Below are positions 63,701-64,000 of a stretch of 64,000 bases of DNA, one piece after another (positions within the stretch are counted from its first letter, which is position 1; each line of letters opens with the position of its first letter). The stretch lies in NCBI GenBank assembly GCA_051294905.1, contig CM119384.1:4588001-4652000 (forward strand), in the 5' to 3' direction. The position numbers and the translations under genes were made by a program. A model generated the notes under the pieces. It did not search any database and was not told the DNA's origin. It was given only the letters and a program-made list of their open reading frames with translations. The DNA comes from Botryllus schlosseri. Its lineage: Eukaryota.

Positions 63701-63735
63701 CGAGAATATACATCCATCTGTCGCCGGTTTACAAG
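48506..63735 (+). CDS. Gel-forming mucin / hemolectin / VWF-like secreted protein, 5' part (CBM14-EGF-VWD1-C8-TIL-E-VWD2-C8-TIL-E-TIL'-E'-VWD3...); continues beyond the window; first exon not found
   Basis: 22 phase-consistent exons: 48506-48700,54001-54093,54206-54375,54516-54661,55291-55499,56133-56266,56462-56681,57039-57158,58176-58287,58349-58471,58709-58838,58950-59019,59188-59310,59382-59558,60304-60525,61628-61777,61834-61924,62251-62438,62637-62763,62911-63049,63108-63218,63547-63735 (3239 nt). Motifs: GTGHVITFDGYAYDFPGACQY, GLCGKFD, C8 (CHCNIITQYSRFC; CVCDSLAVYARAC), TIL (CIDRCQCPEG; CVEGCNCPAG), GESHFSTFDGKEFDFKGDCEYLL. Joining the first (CBM14) exon to the rest is inferred from phase and orientation. 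Confidence 0.88.
49190..49408 (+). repeat. 41-bp minisatellite, about 5 units
   Basis: Unit GCGCAGCTATCAGCTCAGGAGCACGTCTGGGTTCAAATAGT, inverted relative to 51491-52300. Confidence 0.9.
49409..50027. mobile_element. hAT-type MITE (TAGGGCTGTTCAAAAATAAC family)
   Basis: Inverted termini TAGGGCTGTTCAAAAATAAC...GTTATTTTTGAACAGCCCTA; no TSD visible. A related fragment lies at about 14660-14930. Confidence 0.8.
50447..50723 (+). mobile_element. tRNA-derived SINE (tRNA-Cys-like head)
   Basis: A box TAGCGCAGTGG, B box GGTTCGAGTCC, CTGCAAC anticodon-loop-like sequence, (CAAA)-rich tail. TSD GGGTTCACAATGT/GGGTTCACAAGGT. Homologous to 59701-59977. Confidence 0.85.
51491..52300 (-). repeat. 41-bp minisatellite, about 20 units
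   Basis: Period 41 (e.g. 51601 to 51642). Two variants (GAACCCAGACGT and GCATCCGGGCAT); no spacers. Confidence 0.95.
52480..53421. mobile_element. Charlie/Buster-like hAT non-autonomous element
   Basis: CATGGGGTGTCAAAC...GTTTGACACCCCTG with GGCCCGCG subterminal repeats; perfect TSD AACTAGGG. Related end fragments lie at about 19040-19072 and 45645-45710. Confidence 0.85.
53871..53944 (+). mobile_element. 5'-truncated copy of the same SINE (3' tail only)
   Basis: ATCGGCCTGGTGTAAATG..CCA..GTAGTCGA...(CAAA)3 matches the 3' ends of the two full copies. Confidence 0.75.
57845..58071. mobile_element. Right-end fragment of the TAGGGATGGTGTGAAC MITE family
   Basis: Ends GAGGTTCACACCATCCCTA; near-identical to 22860-23131. 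Confidence 0.8.
59701..59977 (+). mobile_element. tRNA-derived SINE (tRNA-Cys-like head)
   Basis: A and B boxes, CAAA tail, 12-bp TSD ACTCAATTACCA (59689-59700, 59976-59987). Confidence 0.88.
60765..61528. mobile_element. hAT (Tip100/Arthur-like) MITE containing a nested MITE
   Basis: CAATGTTCCCTCTAA...TTAGAGAGAACATTG; perfect TSD GTTCTATA (60757-60764, 61529-61536). Confidence 0.85.
60898..61460. mobile_element. hAT MITE (TAGGGCTCTTC family), nested
   Basis: Perfect termini and TSD TTGTCCAA (60890-60897, 61461-61468). Confidence 0.92.
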
Positions 63736-64000
63736 GTAGGATGTGTCGATTGTAAAGAAGGTATATTTTTATCGCACTAGAACTGATCGGTGCGATTATA
63801 TAGAATCAGAATGTTCAATTGATAGCCTTTGAAGGAAATGTTTTTCATCAGATTACTTCTCTTTCTCTTGGTAGTCATGTAGATCTTGTCCTCGCTTCGA
63901 CATATCATGAAGCTTTTGGGCATTCTTTGTTAGCTAGCAATTCAAAATGTAAAATTTCAAAATGCAGTATATGACTTAGATACAATGCTCTAAACCAGTG

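Overview
AT-rich eukaryotic genomic DNA with GT-AG introns, inferred to be from an ascidian/tunicate because it carries intron-rich connexins; the species cannot be determined. Four + strand genes were reconstructed by hand from splice sites and phase-consistent exons; most of the supplied ORF track is spurious. (1) The 3' part of connexin A (430-3004). (2) Complete 10-exon connexin B (10781-25288, 426 aa). (3) Complete 10-exon connexin C (31840-43867, 437 aa). (4) The 5' part of a large gel-forming-mucin/hemolectin-like gene, CBM14-EGF-VWD-C8-TIL-VWD-C8-TIL-TIL-VWD (48506 to the window end, about 1080 aa visible). Connexins B and C have a normal first extracellular loop but a strongly elongated second loop (C-X10/11-C-X11-C), and B may have an alternative C-terminal exon. 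Introns and intergenic DNA are dense with non-autonomous DNA transposons. Sixteen have readable target-site duplications (14 hAT-like, 1 Merlin-like, 1 P-like). They include a 4.9 kb foldback element with a younger insertion in each arm, a 3.4 kb GG-ended foldback carrying a 41-bp minisatellite, and several nested insertions. tRNA-derived SINEs are also present. There is no CRISPR array, rRNA or intact tRNA.
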